A stretch of 64,000 nucleotides of DNA, taken from IMG/VR virus record IMGVR_UViG_3300010218_000011. One strand, 5' to 3'. The notes below the pieces were generated by a model that was given only the letters and a program-made list of their open reading frames with translations, was not told where the DNA came from and did not search any database. Source of the stretch: a virus. The position numbers and the translations under genes are program-made. Below, one piece after another: positions 9,863-18,016 of the stretch; within the stretch, counting starts at the first letter, position 1; every line of letters starts with the position of its first letter.

Positions 9863-10294
9863 TTAGAGTTTGACTCGGGTGGACGCGGCGAACGACACGC
9901 GCTGGATGACGTTTTTCTCGGCTTCGGTATCGCCTGCGTCTTCGAAATACAGGATGACGCCCTGGTACTGATACGTGCTCGGCGAGCCCGCAGTTTCCTC
10001 GATGCTTTCCTGAATCACGCCAGTCGGCTGATTCGTGCCGGCGTAATACGCGGCTTCGATCGCGGCGAAATATGCGTCGAGCGTGCCGTCCGAGCGCGAG
10101 ACTTCGAACGATCCCTCCCAGCCGCCCTCTTGGAAATTCAGGTGGATCGGCAAGCTGTTGAGAGGCTTGACCGTGAGTTTGTGGTTGATCTTCTTGCGCT
10201 TGAAGTTCAACAGCGTCGGCAGCACAAGCAAGCCCGTCGCGGTGTAGATGTCGAACTTGTAGTCGCGCCCGAGCGAAAGACCGTTCTGCGGCAT
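9863..10294 (-). CDS. Tail tube protein
   Basis: 143 aa directly downstream of the sheath gene. Confidence 0.7.
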   Translation of the reverse strand: MPQNGLSLGRDYKFDIYTATGLLVLPTLLNFKRKKINHKLTVKPLNSLPIHLNFQEGGWEGSFEVSRSDGTLDAYFAAIEAAYYAGTNQPTGVIQESIEETAGSPSTYQYQGVILYFEDAGDTEAEKNVIQRVSFAASTRVKL

Positions 10295-10353
10295 GGCTTA
10301 CTCCAAAAATGATAAAGCCAGCGCGAAGGCTGGCTCGAATGGACGACGATGGA

Positions 10354-12336
10354 TTACTGCGGCGTGACGGTGACGGTTTGGCCGCCTTGGATGTTGACCA
10401 AAAAATACCTGACGATGCTCAGATACGTCACCGCGACCGTCGCGACCATGTATCCGAGCGCTACCTGGCTCATCGGATTGTTGTTCGCGTCGATCTGCAC
10501 CGACCAAGCCGGTTTCGTCGGCGCATTGACGTTGCCAATCATGTTGTTCGCTTGCAGGTTCGCGAAGAAGGCATCCATCGAGCCCTTCACGTTGCGCCGC
10601 AGATTGATCGTTTGAACCTTGCCAGGGACGTAGCCGAATGCGCTCGCGATTGTGAACGCGATGTAGTTCGTCATCCGCGTGTAGTTATCGCCGTTCGTCG
10701 CGCTGTTGCTGCTGGCGTTGCGGCCCGTACGGCACGCGAAGATCGCCCCAGCTGGCGCCGGGTTCGTGATGACTTCCAGGCGCGACGTTGCAGCCAGACC
10801 GATTTCCGAATCGCTGTACGGCGAGTTCTGCATGCTGCGCTGCGTGGCGATAATTCCACCGAGCGGCGCATTGAGGATCGATTGCTCCGGGCTCGTCGCG
10901 GCCTGCTTGGCCGAGCTGAACGTGGCGGGCGACACCATGCGATTGACGCCGTTCGCAACGTCTTGCCAGTAGCACCAATCACCGACCAGGCACGCGAAGC
11001 CGTAGCCATCCACGCCGGCACTCGCGAGTGCCGCGGCGCTGTTCGTGACGCTCGTTCCAGGCGGGTTCGCGCCGTGGAAGTAGATACCCTCTTGCAGGCC
11101 GAACGCGAGCTGCGCAGCCCAGGTCGTCGACGTTTGGCAGTCGATCAGGTTTCCCACTTGCGCGCCAGACTTGCGAAGGGCATACATGCCGGTACGCGTC
11201 AGACCATCCGCACCGACGAGCGTCGTATCCGAAACACCCCCAGCGCCATCGGTGCCACCGGACAGCGCGTAGGTTTTCGTGAGGTCGGGTGCGTTGACCG
11301 AGGTTCCGATCGTCGCGATGCAGATCTGCGAAGGACCACGCAAACCCGTCTGCCCGTTGTTCACGGCATTAACGAGGTTCAGCCATACGCTGACCGACAG
11401 CGCAATCGAGCCGCCCGTGCCAGCGCCGCCCGTGAGCGTTGCTGTGGCCGAGGTGTAGCCCGAGCCGGGATTGACGACCTTGAACGTACCCAGCCCCCAC
11501 GTCAGCGTGACAGTGCCGCCCGTGCCAACGCCCGAGGTCGATGACGGCGCAACTGGATTCGTCGGCGTCGAGCCGGCAGTCAGCGAGCCCGCATTCGTTA
11601 CCGCGAGAGCCGTGATTGCGCCAGTGGTCGCCGTGACCGTCAGGATGACGCCATTGGGCAGCGTGATCGTGTCGCCCGTCACGTAGCCCGTACCGGCAGC
11701 GGAAACCGTGGCCGACAGCACCTTGAGGCTTATCGAGCCCGTCGCTTGAACGCCGTTCGCGCCTTGCGGAGCGGAAATGCTCAGGCTCGGGACTGAGGTG
11801 TAGCCGGTGCCGGCCGTGACTGCGCCGCCGCTTACCCCCATCCCCACGTTGTCGAACACTTCGGGCGTGAAACCGGCGCGCTGAATCGAGAGCTTATAGG
11901 TGCTCGCCGCGGTGCCGGCCACGATCGACGCTGTGATGCCGTTGCCGACGACACCCGTGTAAAGACCGGTGAGCGTCATGCCGGTAACGGGCGAACCTTG
12001 CGCATCGACGAGATTAACGCTCGCCGCAGTGTCCGTGCCGTCCGTGACTCGGACGAGGGCGTAGTTCTGGACGCTGTTCTGATCGCCGATCGCAACAGCC
12101 GTCGCGATGTCGTGCGGCCGGAACGTGACCGGGCCGACCATCTGCTGCGCTTGGGCGCTGTTTCCGATCCCCATCATAGGAGCATTGACCGGCCCCCAGG
12201 AGCCGACGCCAACGAGGCCCAAACCATCGGTCGCCACGCCGTTGATGTACGCCACGCTAGGCGGCTGGATGATGACGTAGAGGTCCGGCGCTTGAAGGGC
12301 CGTGACGTTGACTTGGCCGGCTTGGAAAACGGGCAT
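10354..12336 (-). CDS. Contractile tail sheath protein with an internal repeat insertion
   Basis: 660 aa, first gene of the tail block, followed by tube, chaperone and tape measure. Confidence 0.75.
   Translation of the reverse strand: MPVFQAGQVNVTALQAPDLYVIIQPPSVAYINGVATDGLGLVGVGSWGPVNAPMMGIGNSAQAQQMVGPVTFRPHDIATAVAIGDQNSVQNYALVRVTDGTDTAASVNLVDAQGSPVTGMTLTGLYTGVVGNGITASIVAGTAASTYKLSIQRAGFTPEVFDNVGMGVSGGAVTAGTGYTSVPSLSISAPQGANGVQATGSISLKVLSATVSAAGTGYVTGDTITLPNGVILTVTATTGAITALAVTNAGSLTAGSTPTNPVAPSSTSGVGTGGTVTLTWGLGTFKVVNPGSGYTSATATLTGGAGTGGSIALSVSVWLNLVNAVNNGQTGLRGPSQICIATIGTSVNAPDLTKTYALSGGTDGAGGVSDTTLVGADGLTRTGMYALRKSGAQVGNLIDCQTSTTWAAQLAFGLQEGIYFHGANPPGTSVTNSAAALASAGVDGYGFACLVGDWCYWQDVANGVNRMVSPATFSSAKQAATSPEQSILNAPLGGIIATQRSMQNSPYSDSEIGLAATSRLEVITNPAPAGAIFACRTGRNASSNSATNGDNYTRMTNYIAFTIASAFGYVPGKVQTINLRRNVKGSMDAFFANLQANNMIGNVNAPTKPAWSVQIDANNNPMSQVALGYMVATVAVTYLSIVRYFLVNIQGGQTVTVTPQ
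11392..11844 (-). repeat. Three G(T/S)GY(T/V) repeat units inside the sheath gene
   Basis: aa ~165-315: ..AGTGYTSVPSLSISAP.., ..AGTGYVTGDTITLPNG.., ..PGSGYTSATATLTGGAG.. Confidence 0.6.
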
Positions 12337-12350
12337 GTTTGCTCCGAAAA

Positions 12351-12376
12351 AGCAAAAAGCCCGCGCTCGGCGGGCC
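12351..12376 (-). terminator. Intrinsic terminator (second of a tandem pair) just upstream of the sheath gene
   Basis: GCCCGC-GCTC-GGCGGGC hairpin followed on the minus strand by TTTTTGCTTTTT. Confidence 0.6.
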
Positions 12377-12384
12377 TAGAAATG

Positions 12385-12407
12385 AAAAAAGCCGCCCGGA
12401 GGCGGCC
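12385..12407 (-). terminator. Intrinsic terminator (first of the tandem pair)
   Basis: GCCGCC-CGGA-GGCGGC hairpin followed on the minus strand by TTTTTTCATTT. Confidence 0.6.
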
Positions 12408-12429
12408 TATCTGCGAAGAGAGGGGAGGG

Positions 12430-12663
12430 TCAGACGTTCAGCAGCACAGGCGGGATCTTCACGTTCGGCGTCTTGCCGTCAGCGAACCAGACTTGAATCT
12501 GCCAGGCGTCTCGGCTCCAATCGATGTCGAATTGCTCGCGCATGATCTGAATGAATGCCTTTTTGATGCGCACGCACACTTGCGGCGTCGCTTCTTGCCC
12601 GACAAACCGATCGACGGCCAGTTTCAGCGCCATGCCCGCAGCCCGGGTACGATCAGGCTTCAC
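12430..12663 (-). CDS. Hypothetical small virion/neck protein
   Basis: 77-aa ORF in the late operon; overlapping stop/start with the upstream ORF. Confidence 0.45.
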   Translation of the reverse strand: MKPDRTRAAGMALKLAVDRFVGQEATPQVCVRIKKAFIQIMREQFDIDWSRDAWQIQVWFADGKTPNVKIPPVLLNV

Positions 12664-12842
12664 GCCGCCACCTTATGGACGTTATGCGGGTTGCCGGCGA
12701 GCACGCGCGCGACTTCATTCGGGTCGCGGATCGCATCGCCCTTGCGGTAATCCTCGAATGCATGCCGCACCACAAGGTAGTAGTCGAGCTCGGCCGGAGC
12801 TTGAACGGTCTGCTCGACCGCATCGGATTGCGTCTTTGCCAT
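12660..12842 (-). CDS. Hypothetical small protein
   Basis: 60-aa ORF in the late operon. Confidence 0.4.
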   Translation of the reverse strand: MAKTQSDAVEQTVQAPAELDYYLVVRHAFEDYRKGDAIRDPNEVARVLAGNPHNVHKVAA

Positions 12843-12849
12843 GTGGGCC

Positions 12850-13671
12850 TCAAATGTTCGTGGTTCGTGCGATGCCGTTCGTCGGCGTGACCGTCACGCC
12901 GAAATTCGTCACTGTGTTCGTCGTCACCGGCTGGGTGAGGGCGTATTCAATCTCGTAGAGCAGGTTTCGGCGGTAAATGCGCTGCTTTTGCAGGGTGTCT
13001 TGCTCGATCGTGCCGCGGTAAAGCAGCCGCGCCCAGGTGTTATCGGGCATAACGATGCGAGGCTGCTGTTTCAGCGCCAATTCAAGCGTCGCGCACACCG
13101 AATCGCGCAGATCAGGTGTCGGATTCCACGCCGTCACCATGAAAACCTGCGCCTGTCGGCCGATTTCCTGTTGCACCGTGACAGGGACCGAGATCGAACC
13201 CTCGACATCGAACACATTCGCAAGGGTGATCGTCGCTCCGCTGGCCGTGGCGCCGGGAATCAGGGCAGCCAAAGCCGCCGCAACCGAGTTCACAGTGTCG
13301 GAGGCCAGAATCGAGTAGCTGTAAGGTTCGTAATTGACCTTCAGCGTCGGGGCCTCACCCGCTTTGATCGTCCCGCCCACCGTTACCCGATTCCCGCTGA
13401 TCGTCAGCGAGATATTCGGCGCAGGGATGGTCGCCTGCGCGTCGTCATCCCCCAGAAAGCGGGTCGTGTTCTTGCCCATGTTCCCGTGTTGATAGACGCT
13501 CACCATCGCATTTCCAGCCGCAATGATGTCGTCCAACTGTTTCGGGATGGGCCAACCAGGAACCACCGTCACGGTCACGCCAACGGCGCTTGCCTGACCG
13601 GTTCCATTCGGATAGAGCGCGGCACTCGCAAGGCTCGCGAGCAGATTGCGCGCATCCGATAGTGTCGCCAT
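12850..13671 (-). CDS. Hypothetical structural (neck/tail-terminator region) protein
   Basis: 273-aa ORF between the head and tail modules. Confidence 0.5.
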   Translation of the reverse strand: MATLSDARNLLASLASAALYPNGTGQASAVGVTVTVVPGWPIPKQLDDIIAAGNAMVSVYQHGNMGKNTTRFLGDDDAQATIPAPNISLTISGNRVTVGGTIKAGEAPTLKVNYEPYSYSILASDTVNSVAAALAALIPGATASGATITLANVFDVEGSISVPVTVQQEIGRQAQVFMVTAWNPTPDLRDSVCATLELALKQQPRIVMPDNTWARLLYRGTIEQDTLQKQRIYRRNLLYEIEYALTQPVTTNTVTNFGVTVTPTNGIARTTNI

Positions 13672-14340
13672 TTATGCCTCAACTAGTTCAAAGAGCGCTT
13701 CATAGCCGAACAGACCGAATTGCGCGGAGATGACCTGGTAATTATTGCCATTCTCGTCCGTCGCTTGATCCCGTTCTTGGACCACTCCGTCCGGCAGGTA
13801 AAAAAACGCACTATAGAACGTTCGCAGGGCGTTGTCTCCGGGTAGGTCGGCCACCGGTCGCCCGGTTTCCTTCTTGACGTTCAGCACGCCAGGAATGCCC
13901 GTGGCGTACGCCGTGTCGATCTCGGGACGGGGATAGGGCTGCAATCCGGCCGCCTGATCGATCGCAGGGCGCGAGAACGATAGCGTCTGTGTACACCGCA
14001 GGCCGATCGGCGGCAAGATGCTATCGAGCGCCAGCACACAGTACGTCGCGGGGCCGACGAGATAATCGCCGACGCGCAATTGCGAGCCGTCAGCGATGAT
14101 CTGCCAGTAAAGCTGATTCGCCTTGGTCTGACCGGTATAGGCGCCGTTGATATTGAAGCTGGCGTTCAGCGTGCCGAGCAAATTGGCCGACTGAATCGGA
14201 TTGACCGAGGACGCGGAGCGGTACTGGCTGTAGGTCGGGCCGATGCGGATGGCCGCCTTCCCATAGCCCTTGTAGATCCGCGCTTGTAGGGTTGCCGAAT
14301 CCACGATTACAACTCCAATGTGTCGATGCCCATCCCGCAA
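13672..14340 (-). CDS. Hypothetical structural (head-tail joining region) protein
   Basis: 222-aa ORF abutting the next gene. Confidence 0.5.
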   Translation of the reverse strand: MRDGHRHIGVVIVDSATLQARIYKGYGKAAIRIGPTYSQYRSASSVNPIQSANLLGTLNASFNINGAYTGQTKANQLYWQIIADGSQLRVGDYLVGPATYCVLALDSILPPIGLRCTQTLSFSRPAIDQAAGLQPYPRPEIDTAYATGIPGVLNVKKETGRPVADLPGDNALRTFYSAFFYLPDGVVQERDQATDENGNNYQVISAQFGLFGYEALFELVEA

Positions 14341-14738
14341 CCGGAATCGAATTGGCTCGCGACCGCTACCGCAGTCCTAGCGTCGTGACCGAGATACATC
14401 GCAGCTATCGCGAAATCGCGGCCCGAGCCGATCGCGTGGAATGGGTCTTCGATCCTAATCGGGTACGGACTGCACGCGTATTGCCAAACCGTTCCATCGT
14501 TGCGAACAATCATCACGACTTCGTAATCATTGGTCGTCAACTGATATGCGGGAACGGTCGCGGGATCCGCGCCAGCCACAATCCATTCGAACATCTCAGC
14601 ACCGCGCGAGGCCGAACCAGACGAGCCGAACAGTCCGCCATCGAAACGGCGAATCTTCGTCGTCGTGCGTCGCAATCCGCCTGCGTCGCCCATTTTGTCG
14701 GCGGCAAGTGTGCGGCCGTCATATGCGATGACGGTCAA
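14307..14738 (-). CDS. HslV / proteasome beta-subunit-like N-terminal-Thr hydrolase
   Basis: 143 aa, TTG start giving (M)TVIAYDG.. (Thr right after the initiator). TKIRRF in the position of the HslV Lys33 region, GSGRDFAIAA like the HslV GSGG motif. No HslU partner nearby. Confidence 0.6.
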   Translation of the reverse strand: MTVIAYDGRTLAADKMGDAGGLRRTTTKIRRFDGGLFGSSGSASRGAEMFEWIVAGADPATVPAYQLTTNDYEVVMIVRNDGTVWQYACSPYPIRIEDPFHAIGSGRDFAIAAMYLGHDARTAVAVASQFDSGCGMGIDTLEL

Positions 14739-14739
14739 G

Positions 14740-15135
14740 TTAGCCCCGAATCAGCGCAATGCCGCCGTTACCGAGCCCGGGTCCTGGCGCGAATCCGATG
14801 AAGGCGCACATGCGACGGCGCCACGAATCGAACAAACGATCCCTGTCAGCTTGCTCTCGCGCATTGTGTTTCCATACTGCCGCTTGGTCGGTATCGAGGT
14901 TCGCACTCACTGCAGGGATCGCATTCTCAAGCGTGTACAAATTCGCCAAATACGTGGTTATCAGGACTGATTCCTCGCTTGCGGACAGCGAAGTTAGCCG
15001 CGCATGCAGCGACATGATGACCATCCCGAACCGGCCGTAGACGAGATCCTGATCGTTCGTGATCGTCATCGTCGTGCCGGCGAGTTGATAACCCATAAAC
15101 CTTCTGGTGTCGGTCAACTGGGCATCGGTCAGCAT
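14740..15135 (-). CDS. Hypothetical head-completion/connector-region protein
   Basis: 131-aa ORF downstream of the coat gene. Confidence 0.45.
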   Translation of the reverse strand: MLTDAQLTDTRRFMGYQLAGTTMTITNDQDLVYGRFGMVIMSLHARLTSLSASEESVLITTYLANLYTLENAIPAVSANLDTDQAAVWKHNAREQADRDRLFDSWRRRMCAFIGFAPGPGLGNGGIALIRG

Positions 15136-15136
15136 G

Positions 15137-15310
15137 TCAGGCGTCCGTTTTCTTCGTGTACTTGCGTTTTGCTGCGGGTTCTATCGCTGGCGCGTCACCG
15201 TCGACAAAAACTTCATGATCGTCGGTCAGGTCGGATTCGTTGATGACGATGTAGCCGTGCGGGTTGTCGTCGGAGACCGGCGAGACCACACGGACTGTCG
15301 GGCAATTCAT
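15137..15310 (-). CDS. Hypothetical acidic 57-aa protein
   Basis: MNCPTVRVVSPVSDDNPHGYIVINESDL...; GGAG upstream; below the ORF-track size cut-off. Confidence 0.4.
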   Translation of the reverse strand: MNCPTVRVVSPVSDDNPHGYIVINESDLTDDHEVFVDGDAPAIEPAAKRKYTKKTDA

Positions 15311-15319
15311 AGAGGCTCC

Positions 15320-15352
15320 AAAAAGAAAAGGGCGGCCAGTGCTGCGCCGCCC
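15320..15352 (-). terminator. Intrinsic terminator after the coat gene
   Basis: GGGCGGC/GCCGCCC 7-bp stem followed on the minus strand by TTTTCTTTTT. Confidence 0.65.
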
Positions 15353-15358
15353 GCATCA

Positions 15359-16549
15359 TCAGCCGAGCAACGCACCCACGTGGTTTTGCTTGATGGCTTG
15401 CGTGCCCCACGCAAGACGCACGTGGTAAACCAATTGTAAGAATTGGCGATACACAGCCACGTCGAACACGAGGCCGGTAACCGGATCGGTTACCTGCATC
15501 ACGTCGTCGGCCATATCCATCGATTGCCCATCCGGACCGACCGGCATTGCCGGCGCGCGCGTGATGAGCTGCACGGCCGACTTGCTGAACATGACATTCG
15601 GCGTCGCCGTGTTGCCGATCGTCATCGCCGTGGCAGACGTGGCGATGGCGACCTTCAGGCCGGGAGCGGCGAGGGTGATCGCACCAGGAGCCGATACGCC
15701 CGCGACCACGACGTACTTGTTCGTGTCGCCTGCGAACGTGACCGTATCGCCAGCGAGCACGGTGCCCGTGCCGGTGATCAGAGTGATAACGGTCGCGCCT
15801 ACGGCATAACCGGCCGTGTCGGTCGTGTAGCTCGCACCCGTACCCTTCGTAACCGCCTGAACGGCGTTAGAGTTGTGCAGCATGGCACCCTCCAACTCGC
15901 CGATGATGCCCTGGCGGAGCAATTGCTCGGTGCCGGATTCGTTCACCTTGAACAGTACGTTTTGCTTGCCGCGGATGTTCGCCATCGCCGCCGAGCCGAG
16001 CACCAATTGCAGATCGGTTTGCGGCGCACCGTTGTCGTCGAGGATCTTGCGAACCTGGGCGATGTCCGACAGGTCGCCAGCCGTACCGAACGGAGCCGTG
16101 CCGGCCGTACCGTAAGCACGCGAGGCGTTCTGGTAGGTCGTCGTGAACAGATCGGTTTCGATCTGGTTCGTCAGCGCTCGGAATGCCTGCGCAAACTGGT
16201 TCATCAGCAGGCCGCCGTAGCTGCCGGCGTTGATCAGACCGCGTTGCTCTTCACCGTTCCAACGGATCGGATAGTGCTTCGACTTGCTGATCGTCATCGT
16301 CACGTTGCCGACCGTTTCGTCGCCCGTGTTCGGAGCAGTCACGGCAGGCGTGTTGTCGGCCAGCGAGGCAGCCGGCGCGATCGGGATCATGATGGTCTGA
16401 TTGAGCGCGGCGCGTTCGCCGGAGCTGTTGCGCGACACAGCGGGGATGAAGCCGATCAGTTCGCGCGAGACGACATCAAGCGCTTCGTAGATCGTGGGCA
16501 CGAGGCCCGTGAGCGTGTTGGCCCCGAGCACGAGACCTTGACGGGCCAT
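15359..16549 (-). CDS. Major capsid protein, P22 coat (gp5) family-like
   Basis: MARQGLVLGANTLTGLVPTIYEALDVVSRELIGFIPAVSR.. matches the recalled N-terminus of that family. The start is uncertain: the frame is open up to 16699. Confidence 0.75.
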   Translation of the reverse strand: MARQGLVLGANTLTGLVPTIYEALDVVSRELIGFIPAVSRNSSGERAALNQTIMIPIAPAASLADNTPAVTAPNTGDETVGNVTMTISKSKHYPIRWNGEEQRGLINAGSYGGLLMNQFAQAFRALTNQIETDLFTTTYQNASRAYGTAGTAPFGTAGDLSDIAQVRKILDDNGAPQTDLQLVLGSAAMANIRGKQNVLFKVNESGTEQLLRQGIIGELEGAMLHNSNAVQAVTKGTGASYTTDTAGYAVGATVITLITGTGTVLAGDTVTFAGDTNKYVVVAGVSAPGAITLAAPGLKVAIATSATAMTIGNTATPNVMFSKSAVQLITRAPAMPVGPDGQSMDMADDVMQVTDPVTGLVFDVAVYRQFLQLVYHVRLAWGTQAIKQNHVGALLG

Positions 16550-16739
16550 GAAGTTGAACAGGTACGCATGCGCGATCAGCGCATAGGCACGAATGTACAA
16601 CTTGACTTTGGAGAAGAGCGACGTTTTCACAGGAGATAACCCTATAGGTGAGGTGAATTGAATTAGCGAAACAGGTAGGCCATCCAGCCCGAACGCCATT
16701 CCTCATCCAAGGTCTGGCCGTAGGTCATGCGAAAATCGA

Positions 16740-17549
16740 TCAGTCGTTGAGCGTGGCCTTGCCACCGCGGACATCCGCGGCAACCTGGGCTTGTTTTGCC
16801 GGGTCGAACGTGTTGAATTCGGCGCGGCTATAGGCTTTCTTGCCGCCCGAACCTGCGCCGCCACTAGCGCCCGAGCCGCTGGCGCCGGAGCCCTTCATGA
16901 TCTGATCACGGTGCGGATAACTTTCGACGAGCGTTTCGAGTGCTTCGTCGAAGTTGGCGAGTTCGCCGATCCGTGTGCGGGAGAAAATCTTATTGCCGGT
17001 CGCGTCGTATGCAACCATCTTTCCGTCTTCGATCTTGAACGCGCGACCGAATGCGGCCTTGGCGATATCACCAGGGATTGCCAGTTTGTCGGCAATGAAT
17101 TTCGAGCGATCGAAGCTACCGCCGATCTTCTCGTCGTAAAGTTGGTTCTGGAGTGCGTCGCGCTCCGTCTTGGTCTTTGCTAGCTCAGCGACAAACTGCT
17201 TATTCGCGGCCTCGACCTGCTCTTCGGCGGCACGCTTGGCTGCCGCCTTGATCTCTTCGACCTTGCCAGCTTGGATCAGGTCGCCATCCTTGATGTTTTT
17301 GACCGTTTCGAGCGCCTTTCGAGCCGCCTCGGCGTCGTCTATGCCCTCGAACAGTTTGACGCGCGTCTCGGCAGCTTCCTTCGCCTCTCGATGCGATTTA
17401 GCCTCTCCATTCAAGCGGGTGATCGTGCCGATCGTGCCGTCACCATCAAATGGCGACTCTTTCCCGTCCGCATGAACAAACACGGGCAATTTTTGGCCGT
17501 TGACTTCTTGAACGACAATTCGGCCGTCAGCATCGTATTTGAATGGCAT
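16740..17549 (-). CDS. Scaffolding protein
   Basis: 269 aa, charged and coiled-coil-rich (EAKEAAETRVKLFEG.., AAKRAAEEQVEAANKQ), between portal and coat. Confidence 0.6.
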   Translation of the reverse strand: MPFKYDADGRIVVQEVNGQKLPVFVHADGKESPFDGDGTIGTITRLNGEAKSHREAKEAAETRVKLFEGIDDAEAARKALETVKNIKDGDLIQAGKVEEIKAAAKRAAEEQVEAANKQFVAELAKTKTERDALQNQLYDEKIGGSFDRSKFIADKLAIPGDIAKAAFGRAFKIEDGKMVAYDATGNKIFSRTRIGELANFDEALETLVESYPHRDQIMKGSGASGSGASGGAGSGGKKAYSRAEFNTFDPAKQAQVAADVRGGKATLND

Positions 17550-17624
17550 CGTATTTCCTTGGGCATCCGCCCGATTCAGTGCGGCATCCGCCGCGGCACA
17601 CCCCGATCCATCCGGAAACAGGGC

Positions 17625-17653
17625 AATAAAAAAGCCACAGCGGTTGGCTGCGG
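17625..17653 (-). terminator. Intrinsic terminator upstream of the scaffold gene
   Basis: GCCACAGC/GCTGCGGC stem (one mismatch) followed on the minus strand by TTTTTTATT. Confidence 0.5.
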
Positions 17654-17683
17654 CCTTGACTTCAAAGAAGGTGATTCCAGCTA

Positions 17684-18016
17684 TCAGCCGTAGTACGAGA
17701 TATTAGCGATCGCCCCAGCGGTGCCGAGAATCAGCTGAATTGCGCTCAAGTCGCCGTTGTATTGCAACTGATTGCCTGCGGCGATCGTCATGCCAATGGA
17801 GGCTGTAGGCGCAACCCCGTCATCGCGCCACGCCACCGCGCCTGTCGCGGCCTGGATCACGGCTAGGATTGCCCCGGCTGGAACCGTCAGGGTTTGCGCA
17901 GCAGCAAGTTGCGTCGCTGTAAATTGCTGGAATCCTAAAGGCTTGGCCTGGGCGCCAGTCGGGCCGACCAGATATACCGACATCGCGGCTGGAACGCTGC
18001 GGGTTGTAATCGTCAT
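17684..18016 (-). CDS. Hypothetical head-module protein
   Basis: 110-aa ORF abutting the portal stop. Confidence 0.45.
   Translation of the reverse strand: MTITTRSVPAAMSVYLVGPTGAQAKPLGFQQFTATQLAAAQTLTVPAGAILAVIQAATGAVAWRDDGVAPTASIGMTIAAGNQLQYNGDLSAIQLILGTAGAIANISYYG

Noticed and set aside
16550-16699. Upstream extension of the coat-protein ORF (start at 16699 or the GTG near 16630).
   Set aside because: The extension contains an AT-rich, non-coding-looking stretch (TAATTCAATTCACCTCACCTATAGGG). The family-like N-terminus begins at the ATG at 16549. The choice is uncertain, and I noted that in the feature.
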